A stretch of DNA of 63,985 nt, the filler included, from Craspedostauros australis (lineage: Eukaryota): assembly GCA_030167865.1 (NCBI GenBank). It is 17 parts of 17 records of this genome, joined end to end, with 100 filler letters (N's around TTAATTAATTAA, not from the genome) between each part and the next. Parts side by side here need not be neighbours in the genome. Positions count along the whole stretch, not along the records: positions 1 to 6,194 come from JALAGF010001033.1; positions 6,295 to 21,717 come from JALAGF010001034.1; 15 more parts are not named here. One strand, given 5' to 3'. The notes below the pieces were generated by a model. The model did not search any database, had not been told where the DNA came from, and worked only from the letters and a program-made list of their open reading frames with translations. Of this stretch, positions 1-13,700 are shown piece after piece. The translations under genes and the position numbers were made by a program. How positions within the stretch are numbered: the stretch's first letter is position 1; the number at the start of each line of letters is the position of its first letter.

Positions 1-305
1 ATCCCAATAAACGCTTATGATGCTATATCGCAACACCACATCATTCATAATTAAAAATAAGTGTACCATGTGAACAAATCGTTGGCTGCGAATAAGAATA
101 TTGAACTTAAATTTAAATTGACTTCAAATTTAACATCATTTTTGTTGTCAACGTGGGATTGTGTGNNNNNNNNNNNNNNNNNNNNNNNNNNNNNNNNNNN
201 NNNNNNNNNNNNNNNNNNNNNNNNNNNNNNNNNNNNNNNNNNNNNNNNNNNNNNNNNNNNNNNNNNNNNNNNNNNNNNNNNNNNNNNNNNNNNNNNNNNN
301 NNNNN

Positions 306-1400
306 GTCAGATCTCCGTTCAATGCACATTGGCAGCCCATTTCTGAAATCCAACATTTTTGAAAATGAAGGACGGTCCGAAGGCAGCTGCTTCATCCGAT
401 CATATCTCCTGCTCAAAACCATCTCTGTTCCCCCCACACAGCCTCCCTCGATCCCTGATTCACTGGGGACACGTTGATGCATCCCAAAACGCCTCAAGAT
501 GGATCTCCAATTTTGTATCCATCCTGACGCTGATGCCATCGTCAGTTTTTCTTCGTATCGAAAAAATGCGACTGCAGCATTTGNNNNNNNNNNNNNNNNN
601 NNNNNNNNNNNNNNNNNNNNNNNNNNNNNNNNNNNNNNNNNTGACTTGATAATGAACACATCTTGTATGGGTGGGTTGGCGATGTGGCGGATGTTCACGT
701 GCGCCACCACACCAGCAAAGCCACGTGATGGGTGCTTTGTCACCACCCCAAAAACTCTTGCACTCCACTTGTTCCCCTCCATCGACACCCTCCAGGCGTT
801 CTTTCAGCCTCAAACTTCGTAGGACCCTTCATCTTGATCCCCTTGATGCATCTTGCCCATCCATGGTTGTTTAAATGGCTTTTATCGTCCACACACAGCC
901 CGTACCCAACATGCATTTTGACGCATTTTTGCACGTTTCGCTCTTTTCACTATCGCTGATTCAAATGAACCGCTCTGATAGCTCCCTCTTGCCCATCCAC
1001 CAAGATTTATATGGCAGTTCCGTTGATGTGCTTGGATCTGGCATTGGACTGGTGGTTGATGCAGTGCCGTCCATGACTTTTGGCGGTTCTCACAGAGTGT
1101 TGTTTTGTTTCCCCATTGTCATGTTGTTGTGTTTCTTTTCTTGGTGACGGTCTTTTCTTGCTGTTGGGGTGTGGGAAATCACAACAGAATTCCAACGAAT
1201 GCCTCCAAACCTTCACCAAGAATCCTGAGTCTGGTGAGTCCACTTTCATTTTCCGTGAAACAAACAACCAGTGACGTCACTAAACACGAGCTGGATTGTG
1301 AAACTGCGGTGTTGGTATAATTACCGATACCCCCGGGATCATCCAAACACGAGTCGATCTGACAAGGAACACGGCAAAAACTCTACAACTAGTGCTATCG
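306..1400 (-). repeat. Degenerate copy of an unclassified dispersed element, homologous to ~40848-41810 and ending in the CTCTACAACTAGTGCTATCG motif
   Basis: Collinear shared blocks with the second copy: GACACGYTGAWGCATCC (468/40848), TCTTGTATGGGTGG (661/41042), AAAACTCTTGCMCTCCACTT (751/41132), and the terminal motif (1381-1400/41791-41810). Confidence 0.7.
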
Positions 1401-1801
1401 GTTTGCCGAGTGAGTGAGGTGGAAGGTAGGTCGTTGACCCAAACTCTACTTGCGGGGAAAGGCATGGAATCGAAGGGAAACTGATTGATTATGAGCACAA
1501 GGCATGAGCCATTTACCCCTGACGTGGTCTCTACTGTGCTGCGTACGATTCAGCCGCTGATGCCCTGTCTAACGCCCAATTAACCGAAATAACGCTCGCG
1601 TCTCCTTGGTCCCCTCGATATGCGGTGGCTGTGGTTCCGTCAGATCGTCTCATTCTCTCGCTGTCATTGTCGCTCTTGCTCGTACGGTATGTACCTGCTG
1701 CATGCCCTCACATTAGGACACCACAGGGCGCTCATCCCATCCACTGAGAGATTACTCTCCAGCAGACCATCCGGTGGGTACTGTCGCGCAGCTTCGATGC
1801 A

Positions 1802-4393
1802 TTAGAAGAGAATGCGCTGAGCTTGCTCTCTCCTTCGTGGTCCCGGCTGAGGCTTGGTTAGCATGTCAGCCAGATTGGTTTCCGATGGTTCATATTGAAT
1901 GGTTGCCACTCCAGCAGCCACATTCTCTCGAACGAAGTGGTATGCAATTGCGTTGGCCTTCTTCCTGAGTTGTGATTCGGGTGCAGATGTGTTGTAGACG
2001 ACGCTCTGATTGTCAACTCTGATGTCGGCTGGTCCATCCAAAGGAACACCCATCATTCGAAGCTTGTATCTCATGCCAATCACAATCTCCATGGCTGTCT
2101 TGAGTGCGGTGAATTCTGAACCAAATGTAGAAGTCTCAATTCCGTGTTGCTTCTTGCTGTACCATAGGATGGGTGAGGAATTTAAACAAAGCAATACACC
2201 TGTGCGTGATCTGCGAGTGACTTGGTCACCAGCATGATCCGCGTCAACAAAGCACGTCATTTGCACTTCCTTGCCTCTCGGTTCCGGCATGTCGTGAGGT
2301 ATCATTTCGTGTGCATCAGGATAGAAAGAAGCCCAATCCGGAGTCTGGATGTTGCCCTTTTCGATGTAGGCATCATCAAAGACCAGTCGTGATCGGTCAT
2401 GTGAGTTTAAATAAGAGAAGATGTGAAAGAGAGCACGCAAGTGACCTGTCCGCGGCGCTGCACAGTATGTTGACATCATGCTCGTCTCGCAGCATATGTC
2501 GATTCGCCCCAACTCAACGATCCACCTCAATATTCCGATCATCTGTTGGTAGTAGTTCATCTCTTCAGGATCACACAAGGACGTTGAGTCAAGTTCAGGA
2601 TGATATCCATTCGGTAGGACGCATGATGCAGTGTTGCGAAATCTGCCACCACGTTCCTCGAGCCAGTGTTTGACCATCTTGATGACTTCTCGAATGTAGC
2701 GTTGTGATCCCATGCTCCACTTGGGCCGCTCAGGCTCTGCTTTCAGATGGAAGGGAGCAATGGTTGAACCGAGGTATGATGTTGGTGGACCGATGGATTT
2801 GGGTTTGAGTAGAAAGAAAGAATCAATTTGTGAGAGTAAGGCGCGCGGGTCCTTGGAAACGGCAAGAATGTCGTCAGTGTACACGAGGATGTACTCGTAA
2901 TACTTTGACCCATCGCTCGTCTCTCCAGGTTTGAACCATACATCGCTGTCAGCGCGGCACGAGGTGAATCCGAGCGAGTCTCTGAGTGTCTCTGCGAGAT
3001 GTGCCCTCCAAGCAGCGCCACTCGACTTCAATCCGTATAATGCTCGACAGATGATGGCAATCTTTCCGGCGTCTTCTCCGAATTCAGGTCCACACGTTGT
3101 GTATACTTGTTCACGGCATGGTGCATTCAGATAGGCGTTCATCACGTCGGCTGCTTGCACATCGAGATCGTTGAGTGCTGCGAGAAGGAATGCGATTCGA
3201 ACGCTTTCGCGCGTGACCACACTCGCGTATGTGATGCTTGATGGTGTCTCCGTCATGTGGCCTCCGGCAACGAGCCGTGCCTTTCGTGTGAGATCGACCT
3301 TGATGTCGAATATCATGTGACATTCAATGTATGTATGACCGATTGGTGGCTTGGTATCTTCATTCTTGATTGAAAATGCTGGACGGACGTTCTTCATCTC
3401 CCGTTCGAGTGCCTTGCGCCATAGATCGGTGCCTGTCTCCTCGTCAATAGCAAGTGCACGCTGAACTGTCTTCGGTAGTTCGAGGCCGTATTTCTCATTT
3501 CGTCTGAAGTATCGCTTCCGATTTGCCATAATGATCCTGTTTCGTCGCTTCAAAGTGTAGGGAACCCACCAACGGAAAGCGGGTTCATGAGCAAGATTGT
3601 TGATGTCTGCGTATTCGGCTGTCTTGACTGGGTCGGCTTCCTTCGCATCTCTCAAATGAATCCACGATGTAGACCCGTCCTTCCACAGTACACATAGCTT
3701 CCACCCTTTGGTTGACTTGGTTGTATTGGTGTCGCTGACGTTTGCCGCTGTTGGTAGTTTCTTGTGATCGATGATATCTTCCATGAGTAGTGTCGTGTAT
3801 CCGTCTTCATCCATCCGTGCGTATATGCTGTTTGCGATTTGATTTGCGTTATAGATGCATGTCATCGCCAGTTGACAATAACACTCGTGCCGATAGGTAT
3901 CGATCGTATGCATCAGTCTCCGCATCTGCGGATTCTGATAATGGTTGCAAAGGTTGTTGCTGTTCGAGGAAAGCAATATCTTCGGCGGTATCATCGACAT
4001 CATCGCCGTCGTCTTCAGGTTGGATGCCCTCCATTCGATCTTTCCATTTCGCCTGTAGCTTGGACATGTAATCGGCCTGTCTCTGCTTGATTGCTTCACT
4101 GTTTTGGTCGGCAACGGACAAAGGAATCACAGAAGATTTAGAAACAACAATGCCGGATTGGGTGAGAACATACGAGCACATTGCCTCTCCCACGGTTCGT
4201 GAAGGACCGAGGTAGCGACCGAGATGCTTGGTATTCATTTCAGCATCTTGTGGATTGATGTACCACACAAAGTCGAACCACCCAAATTCAGAAATGTGTG
4301 AGATGTCAGCTGTGTCACCAGTCAGTATCGTCGTTGGTGTCTGACCGTGCAGATCGTAGATTTGTAATGCAGTGTTGCTTCGGATCTCGGCAC
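1802..4393 (-). mobile_element. Ty1/Copia (CoDi-type) pol: integrase C-terminus, chromo-like domain, RT, RNase H; 5' part interrupted by a LINE and frameshifted near 3853
   Basis: Integrase C-terminus (DISHISEFGWFDFVWY, LGRYLGPS), GWKLCVLWKDGSTSW, RT (KARLVAGGH, DVMNAYL, ALYGLKSSG, YTDD), RNase H (VDADHA, ETSTFGSEF, VDNQSV, NLADMLTK). Stop at 1802-1804. Confidence 0.95.
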
Positions 4394-6194
4394 AATAATA
4401 ATAATAATAACTCACTGAATATCCCCTGCGCACAGGGTTGCCTCGAAGGCTTTAGAGTCGACCGCATACAACGAGCCAAAGGCCGATTGCGCTGGAACGA
4501 CTGCACTGGGTCTCTCACTACCTAGTCTACCATGGTTTGCCAGCTCCATGGGCCATCTAACATACCGCACTGGGCATCCGGCTTGCGCCCGCCATGCTCT
4601 TCACTTGCTTCATGTACCGATCCGTCCGCCACGTCGTCGCTTTCTCGCCCTTCCGTCACCTGAAGCCGCAGCAAACCGTCGCTTGCTCCTGCCCCGCCCT
4701 CGTCGTTGCCGTCTCGCGTCGTTCGCAAGCCCTTGGCTCTCTCCGCGTGCCTCGCTTTCCACGGCACTCCTCCGCTCGCTGGCTGCTCTGGTCGCGCTCC
4801 GCGCTGCCTGCACATGCCTCACCCATCGGCGCTGGTCGTCCACGGGCCACCTTGCGAGTTCGTTCCGTGTAACATTCGCTAGCAGCCCACGATCCGCCGC
4901 CATAATGCCTGCATCCCCCATCTCCCACTGCTGATTCACCATCCTGCACACTGCTACCGTCTCAGCGGCTTCGCGCTTGCGCCCTTCCCGGTCATGTAGC
5001 ACCCTGTTTCGCGCCTCCCAGGCTTTCCATCGCACGTCCCACAGTCCGACGACTGCCACTCCCATCCAGTTTGCCGGTTTCATAGGCCGTTCCTCGATCT
5101 CCATTCGAGCTGACTGAACCTGTCGCCACCTCTTGGACCACCTCCCTCTCGTCATCATCCCCCAACCGATCGCCTGCTGATCGTTAACGGCATCTTGGAC
5201 CACTCGCTGTGCTCGTGGCTCTGGCTCCTCCTTATTGCACCAGCTCCTGATTTGGCGCACTATTTCGCTCACCATGCCCACATCTCCTCCGGCCTGCAGC
5301 ATGTCGTCCTTCCATTCGGAAAGCGCAGCTTCCCTCACTGCCATTGCTGCGGGGTGTCGGCACTGCAATATATGCTCCGTCGTCTCTTCTTCGTCGTGAC
5401 AAATCGGGCACTCGCTGCTCGCCCAGAACCCCCACTTCGCCATATTACGCCCCACTGGCCCGAACCCCGCGGCATGCTTCACCACCCATCGTTTTCGCGC
5501 ACTGCCTAGTCGCCCCATAGCTGCCTGAACCGACTCCACGTCGATGCGCTCGATCACCTCCGCCGACATCTTCTTGGTTTTGCGCTGCCACGCCCACGTC
5601 TTCGCACTCTGGACATGGCTCCGAAGTTCAGTCTTCACACCTCGACACACTTTACATGACCGAAGCCACACCGACCACTCATCGTCTCTCCACTCGCCGT
5701 CTGTGCTGCTCTTGTGGCTTTTCTGCTCCACTCCAGCCAGGCGATCAACGTCATCATTCCAGTAAGTAAACTCGTCTCTCGCGACGCCACGATCGCGCTC
5801 CAGCTGGTGACCATACACATGTCGATACTCAAGTTTTGCTGGTATCGTCCTTGTCACCTGTCGTATCGCCCTCAAGAGGTCGAAGTGCTGGACTCCNATG
5901 TGTACATCGCGATCGTATTCCACGGCATGGATGCCGGCCATGCGGTTGTCGCAGGCGACCACAACTGTCGCCGCAGAAGCACCGCTCTCTGTGCCGGATT
6001 CCCGAAGCATTCTGTCAGCCACCACCAGGGCTTGGTATATGCCACCTAGCTCTGCTCGGTACGCGCTTTGTATTGCTTGTCTTCCTTGCACCGGCCCCGC
6101 CATCTGTAGGCATCCATCACGTTGCCCTCGCACGTTCAACGAGAAAGCCGCCGTGCTCCTGCCGTCCTTAAACGACCCATCGGTGCTGATAACA
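4394..6194 (-). mobile_element. 3' part of a non-LTR retrotransposon (Ambal-like): RNase H, Cys/His finger, 3' UTR and (TTA)n tail; ORF runs from the contig edge to 4610
   Basis: STDGSFK...QSAYRAELGG...ACDN...HVYGHQ...WNDDVDRLA (RNase H); CPIC-x5-TTEHILQC; W..RN..LH. Trinucleotide tail at 4394-4410 abuts the Copia integrase. Confidence 0.85.
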
Positions 6195-6238
6195 NNNNNN
6201 NNNNNNNNNNNNNNNNNNNNNNNNNNNNNNNNNNNNNN

Positions 6239-6250
6239 TTAATTAATTAA
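6239..6250. other. Artificial contig-joining linker TTAATTAATTAA (stops in all six frames) embedded in Ns; 16 copies
   Basis: Same 12-mer flanked by ~44 Ns at 6239, 21762, 24315, 26269, 29393, 31002, 40505, 45725, 50253, 51490, 52763, 53956, 55815, 60202, 61381 and 62900. It explains the ORFs ending in 'LIN'. Confidence 0.97.
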
Positions 6251-9200
6251 NNNNNNNNNNNNNNNNNNNNNNNNNNNNNNNNNNNNNNNNNNNNCAAAGT
6301 TGATGGTATCATTGTACAACACATGGAGCAGTCGACATGGTACATGTGAAGTTCTTACAAAGCACTACACATGATGCCAAACAGATGCAATGGGACTCGT
6401 TTTGCAATCTTGGGAAATATGGGAAAGCAATAACAGGAAATGCTGACATTTTCCCTACATCCGGGAAAATGTCGTCTATTTCCCCTGCTCCCAGGAGAGA
6501 CACAACAACAACGTCGAATTGCCGCAAACCGTGGAATACCGTGCGAATCGTTCACGCCCGCTCTGATGCACATCCACAAACGCCGCGCCGTTGGCCAATA
6601 CCTTTGATGACCGGGAACAGGATGACATGGATGACAATGTGGAGAACGATCATTCCGTGCACAAACGCAGTAACATACCCACACCCGCGCGTTCTTGGAC
6701 ACCTCAAACGCATTCTACCAACATGACGAATGCGAAGAGGAAGGAGCTGTGGACGCAAAAGAGGATGGAAAAGAGGTGTTCCTCAATCCATGGCGACCAG
6801 TTTGATTGTGTCGTTGGACATCACAACTCCAACAACAACTTCATCAATCCTGCACGAGTACTTGTGGATACTGCAAACACGATAGCTCGTACTACACGCA
6901 GCACGATGGCAAAGTCTCTGAAATCGACAGGAAGGTGCCAGCATGGCAAGGCGAAGTACGACCTAAGCATTACAAAGTGACAGGGTGCAGCCTGCAGTTT
7001 GATCCGCATCTTGCGGTTGAATCTAATGCCAAACGATCCCTCAGCATGCTCTACGAATACGCTGTCGAGGCCTTGTGCGGTTCATGTCGGAAGGGTTGAG
7101 TAGTCGTATCGATTGCAGAGGGCAACTTGTAGGTTGCAGTCCCACAGCGACAACCCAACTCTGCACAGACAAGGCGAGGAGAAAGTATCATGCTTGCGAG
7201 AGGGACTCCCAAGCACTCCACGAGTATGATCACAAACCCCATCCGACTCTTCACCTGGTCTTAGGACAATGTAGATTTGCTCCGCACACGACGCACCTCA
7301 GCTAAATCTGGCACGACAATGTCCAACTTCGAGAAACCAATTGGCGACACCTCTGACCACGTCGTTGCCATCACGCTTTGATTGTTTCACCTCGCCATGC
7401 ACAAATGCGCAAGCAGGAATGTGGCTGCTTCTGGTCACATTTACAATCGTGAATTTGGCCGACTTGGTGGCAGCCCAAGTACCAGTCGAACACGAGTACG
7501 GATCGATTGTACAGGCATGTACCTTTGTATAGTAGAATATCCACTGTAGAGTAGTGAGGTGTTGCGAACGATTGTGCCTGGTGGTGATGGCACTGGTCTG
7601 CGCGCTAACGACGATGACAATGACGACAACGATGGCGCCATTCGCCAGTTTCGCAAGGTCAGAGGGAACATCATGTCCCTCGAGGATGGGAAATGAATGG
7701 GAAGTTGGCGGTTCGCACATGAGAATCCATGCTCCAACAGGAGCACGAACGTAGTACCATGCAACTCGCCATGCGACGAGCGGAGGTTGTACTCAGCAAG
7801 ACGGAATTCGGTGAAACTGACTGCGCCGCGGCTTTTAGTCCAGGGGGAATCGGTATTTGCATTGTACTAGCCCGAGTAGCGCGCAACATCCGTCCGCCTT
7901 GGCGTGGACGATTGTGCTCGTCCGTGGTGGCTGGTGGCGATTCGGACTTCATTTATGTTTGTGTTGTACCTTCTCGCACCTCCTTGACGAATCCATCGCC
8001 CTGGCCGCACAATTCATCACAGAGACCCACCCGCACGAGTACGACTTGTCCCGAAGAGAGAGAGAGACAGGCGCCTGAGCAAAATGTCATACCAACTTGC
8101 CAACCACGGACTCGCGTTCCGCTAAGGCAACCCTCCATCTCGGTGGCCTAACATTTGGCATGATACAGATACCAACCGCATCGCAATGCAACACAACGTA
8201 CACGATGGGATGGAATGCAATGCAAGATCTTGGTGTTGTGTCAGCGTACTGCAAAGTAGGCGCAACATGAACAGTTCATGAACAAAGCGCAGGGGCTATT
8301 GCAACTTTTACTCTACTTCTTTTCGCAATGCGTGCGGCAAGGTCCGTGATCGTAGATAGATGACAGCAAGGGAGCACTCGCGATTCGCTTGAGTACGAGT
8401 TCTCCGCAGCCCAAGCAGAGCCATGTAGCTGAGGAGTGCGAATCTACACCCGAGGATATGTGATCAATACGAGATACTGACACCGCATTTGGCACCATCT
8501 CACAAGTGGCGAAGGGATAGGGATGTTCGCATGATGCACGAGGTAGAAGCATGCGAGAAGGCGGTCGTGATTGTTGGCGCTGCCTCATGCGACGACATGC
8601 TCTCCACATTCGCCCCTTCGTCTTTGGTGTGCACACGAGCAGTCTCATCGCCCACAGACAAGTCTCCGCTTGGTGGATACGGCATCGGCTGTCGACGGAG
8701 GAGCAAGTGTGATTGTGGCAGGGTGCCGACTCATACCAGTACCATGACAGTGTCAGCACCACCAGCATCAGCATCGCCCTTTCCCTTCCTAGCATGATCA
8801 CGCTTTCCTTTCGACAGAAACAGGAACAGCGCCATCTCTCACAGAAGGAAAGAAAGGCGCACAGCGAGAAAGACCAATTGCACCGGCGATCACGTCGTCC
8901 GCAGCATCAATCGCAAAGAGATCGACCCTTGCGAACTTGCTTGCGAGTATTCTATTCCACATGGACCATGTGTACCTGTGCAGACGAGTTGGAGACGACA
9001 TGGGCCGGAACATGGAAAGTGCCATAATCTGCTCAGCTTGCTGATGGGTCCTCCGTGGAGCTGTCTCGTCATGGCCATCCCGGTGACGATCATCGTCGGT
9101 GCATTCAATGATCGTACTCGTCCTGGCAGCAGTGTTGTTCAGGTGTAGCCTGTGCGAGGAGAGCATTATACTCTACTCTACTCTACTCTCCTTTGCTCGA

Positions 9201-10755
9201 CGACAGAGGGCACTTTTTCATGGATTGACGATGATTGAACCAAGTCGACTCGAACGAGTCTAATATATGAGACTAGACAGAATTGGATTAGTCCTACTAG
9301 TCGCTTTTTCTATAGGTCTTGTCTACATTAAGAATGCCTTCTAAACCATACAATGATGCGCAGATACAGTGTAGCTGAGATCATTTCGCCAAATCGACAG
9401 AGCTGTTCGCTGTGCCGGAAGAACGATCCAACCATCATCACGAACAAAGTCAAGGACAAGCACAGGGCAATTCAAACGTTCCTTTTTTCGCACGCTGGCA
9501 CAAAGCACGGGCGGGCGCCAAAGTGAGGAAAACAGTGAGAAGCGGTTGTGGTTGTGTGTTGGACAGATGGTCTTGTGGCCGATTCTGTGTGACATCCATG
9601 TGGTTGAGTTGTTCACGAATGCGAAAGGGAAAGGTAACGCCTGTGAATCATGCTACGAGAAGAATTCGTGAATCACGCACTTAATCCTCCAAGCGCAAGA
9701 ATCGTCGCATGGGACATTTTGTGTTAAGCATGGAACACGGACAATATGTCTCCGTGTCGGACGTAGGGAACCCTGTTTGGGACCAAAGACACAGTTACGC
9801 GCCAAGTGCAATTGCGTTCGCGACATCGATGGACGACTCCGCCGCTGTCTCGTGACAGCCAATGAACCAGTGAGCCACACAGTCCGCCAGAAACGCCACA
9901 CAAAGAAGAACACCACGACACCAACAACGCCCAACGAAACCGAAGTCGAAGCCCAACACCGTTGCTGAACTGCTCAATGAAACGCACCACACAGAAAGGG
10001 ATCGTCAGAGAGTGAGAGACGTGCCTCTGGATGTCGTGGAATCGATTGTTGGCTACACAAGGAGGCCAAGAAGTAGTAGTAGGCCAACAAACAGATCAGC
10101 AACTCCAACTACTCCGACTACTCCACTGACTACCCTCAGGAGAGAGACCAGAAGGAGGAAAACCGAGCCATCCATCCACGCTCCACACAGACGCATCTGC
10201 TCTGCAAGTGCGTACGTGTATCACCATAGTTCATAGCGATTGCAATCCTTGTGCCGATGCTCTTTGGAACACAAAGGAGGTATCATCTCGATTGATCACA
10301 TCACCGCAACCATCAAAAGAGTAGAGTAGAGTGGAGCAGAAGAAGGAAGAGGCAATGTGAGTACGGCCACAGGATACGTCGCTCTGCACGCACCCACACC
10401 GCACACTCTTGGAGAGTGCTGTCGTTGTTCTGGCCATTGTGCGGGGCAACACAGGAGAACCAGCTTTTCCCATTGCGCATCAGCGATAACATCGCCATCA
10501 ACATCAGCGCCCCCATGGCAACCATAGTGACAGCCACACCTATGCCACCTGTGACGCCCATGACGCCAAACCCCGCACCTATCGCAGCATCCTCTCACGC
10601 ACAAGACTCGTCTCCACTCTTCTCCCCACACCGTGATTCCGAAAGAACAGAACCGCACCATCCCTCTGTCTGAAGCTGCTCGAGGAAGGAGGCAAAGCGC
10701 GGGCCGCTCTCTCAGAAGCCAAAGCGGACAATTTCGCATCTTGACATCTGCTGCG

Positions 10756-13700
10756 ATGAATGACACATTTCTGGAAAGGAACCAGCATCCGCACAAGCTG
10801 CGACGGCAGGACCACGAATCCACCAGCAGCAGCGGTGACAACAGCACCAAGTACGAGAAGGCGAGCGTGTCTACAGCCTCTGCTCATTTTCCATCGACAT
10901 CGGCCTTGTCATCGCGCTCCTTGTCTTCCTCGTTGCATGCATCAGGCCACAAACTGTCCTCGTTATTTCGAAAATCGCCAGCCATCATCCGGAGGAAGAA
11001 CATGTCCCGCGACGCAACAACAACAACAACAACAACAACGCCGCTCACAGCAGCACCAGCAGCGACATCCAATTGGATGGGAGGCCCGGCTTTGATACCG
11101 CGCAGAGAGAATGGAGAATTCAGACGTCCGCTCATGATGTTGCATAAACGGAGATCCGTCTCCACACCCACCATGTACTCATCGCTCGACCACTCAACGA
11201 GCAGCCACATGGGCCGTATGCTCAATGAGACCTTTGGAGACAACGATAACGGCGACAACACAGCATCAGCGGCAGCTCATGATGATCATGACGTGGATGA
11301 TACTGGCAGAGGCTACGGCAACACGAACTCGAGCACAGACAGCAAACAATCTGCTGGTGAGGCGACGGGTATGCCAACTGCCCTGGCCAACTGTCCACTA
11401 CCACCAATGTCGTCGTTGTCATCAGGACCCCCGAAACAGAGTCGTCTCAGTGCCTTCAACGGCCTCACGCTATCGCCGCGCTTCCAAAAGAGGCGATTCC
11501 AGCTCACCACGCAGTGCAACGGGGAGATGATGCCCTCCCCCAAATCAACCCACGCCAGCATCTCATCCAAGAAGGGATTCCGAGGTGCCCTCGCCACCGT
11601 CACCATGGCGCTACGATCTCCCTACCCCAACAACCGCAGAAAGCTGGACCAAGCTAGCGGCCACGGCAAGCTCGATGCTTTGGATGATACCAATCACGAT
11701 GCTGGAGATCAACGCGACACTGAACGTGACAGAGGCAATCGCAGACAGGTCGGTTCATCGGGATTTCTAACGCACGAACCCACCACCTACGCGCAACTCG
11801 TCTTCGATTCCAACACGGACGCAGTTGTCACGGAAAACAGAGTAGCGACAACGCAACAAGTCGTCGCGGCAGCCGTGGCAACAGCTTCCACCCTATCATC
11901 ATCTTCGTCGTCATCATCATCGTCTCCAATGCATTCACCTTTGCACTCGCCTCAGTTATCATTGATGTCTTCGTTCCAATCACATGATGAATCCAAGACA
12001 CCAGCCGACGAGTCGGGAGCATTCACGGTTCCGACCATCACTCCAACAAGCGCCACCAGATCCAGCCACCAAACACCGCCCGTGATGGACTTGATGCCAC
12101 CCCTGCATCCTCCACCACCATTGTGCGATACGCCTTTGCCACGGGCCCAAGACCAGATGCCGCAGCCAGTTTCGATATGCCTCGATGACGAGAGCCTCAT
12201 CATCGATGCCGCGCAAGGCATCAAGTCCGTCGCCATCCCCAGCAGTATGCGTTCGTGCATTTCGGAACTGTCCGAAAGCTGGAACCAAAGCCACGGGGAA
12301 CTAACACACTTCACGATGCCATCGTTGGTATCGCTGCACAGCGGGGATGCTGAGACCCTCACGACTCCCAATCAACAACAGCATCGCAACAACAACAACA
12401 ATCAGAACAGAGCATCCAATGCCCGATCACGACAGATTGCAACCACCACCAACGAACGATACGTTGCTGATGTGGATGCAACCAACGCCGTCGTTGCCGC
12501 TGTCGTCGCGCAGCTATCAACACACTCCAACGCGAACGTCAGCGCTCTGGCTCTCGCAATGCAGCAGTCGCAACCTGCAGGCAACCAAAATACTCTGGGC
12601 CGCACAGCCCTCGACAGCTTCATCCAAAGCAGCCTCGTCGATCCCGCCTTCGATGTGAATGATGATGACGGCGCCATCGATGACAACCAAACGGGCTCGG
12701 AGGCATCGCTGCGAGAGAAGGTGCGGGCAAGTTTGTATGAGCAGAAACGACACACGCTGAGAGCCGCACCTTCGCTGCCTGTGCGTCAGCCCTCGCCATT
12801 CAACAGTGGCTCCAGAAAACGAATTCAAAGCACGAGGCAGTTCAAGCAGGCACCGCAATCCGCTTCTGCGAACTACGACTACATGCAGCCTGTCAACAGC
12901 ACCAACATGCGTCCCTTCAATCTATCGAGGAATGACGCGATGACAAGCACCCGGTCCATGATGCCAGTGAGAAGTTCCTCGATGGATGACATGGACATGT
13001 TCCCCAATGACTCCGCGAGGCGGATGGATCAACCGCCGCGACCTGCCTTCCGCAAGAAGAGCAGATCCATGGCCGATCTCGCCGAGTACCAATCCAGCAT
13101 GAGCGCATCCCTGACTTTGGGCGATTCGATGAACTCGATGGCGGGTGATTCGTGGGTGGCCGATGTCAAGACTCTCTTGATGAAGCTCGCGTCGCCGCAA
13201 CAGGAGCGCGAGCGGGACAATGCCACTATCAAACGTGACAAGAAACCATCGAAGGATCCCTTGGGCCAAAAGTTATCGGTGCACAAATCCGTGCACGCAA
13301 GCGACCTTCACAAGCAGGCGGCTTCAAGATCGAAGGCGCAGCACAATTCCAACAAGGGGCGATCACACCGAGGCCATCACACCAATAAAAGCAGCAAGAC
13401 ACGAAAGGAGGACTTGCTCGATGCGCCCAATACTGCGAGCACGCGCACGAACACAAGGTCCGGGAGGTCCCTGCGAAGTCGCGGCAGCAACAGGTCGACG
13501 AGACGAAAGAGCAACACCCCCGAGGACCGCGTCTCGGATGCAAGCAATCGAGTCCTGCATGAGTCTCCCACAGGCTCGCACTCGACCAGGCGCAGGCGAG
13601 CCAAGAGCCTTCCAAGCAAACAGCAGCAGCGTGAGAAGGCTCGGCACGCGGGGCGCCCTTCACATGACAAACAGAACGTGCAACCGGTATCCACCTCACA

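Noticed and set aside
6195..6294. TTAATTAATTAA between N runs as a biological repeat or piggyBac TTAA site
   Set aside because: Identical 12-mer centred in fixed-length N runs 16 times; a synthetic six-frame-stop linker. Gene neighbourhoods across it are not real.
9170..9190. (CTACT)n here, plus (CT)n at ~56130 and (AAC)n tracts elsewhere
   Set aside because: Ordinary microsatellites.
6295..10600. Many short ORFs
   Set aside because: No recognisable motif and stops in all frames; I cannot support a gene call (spliced or degraded genes are not excluded).
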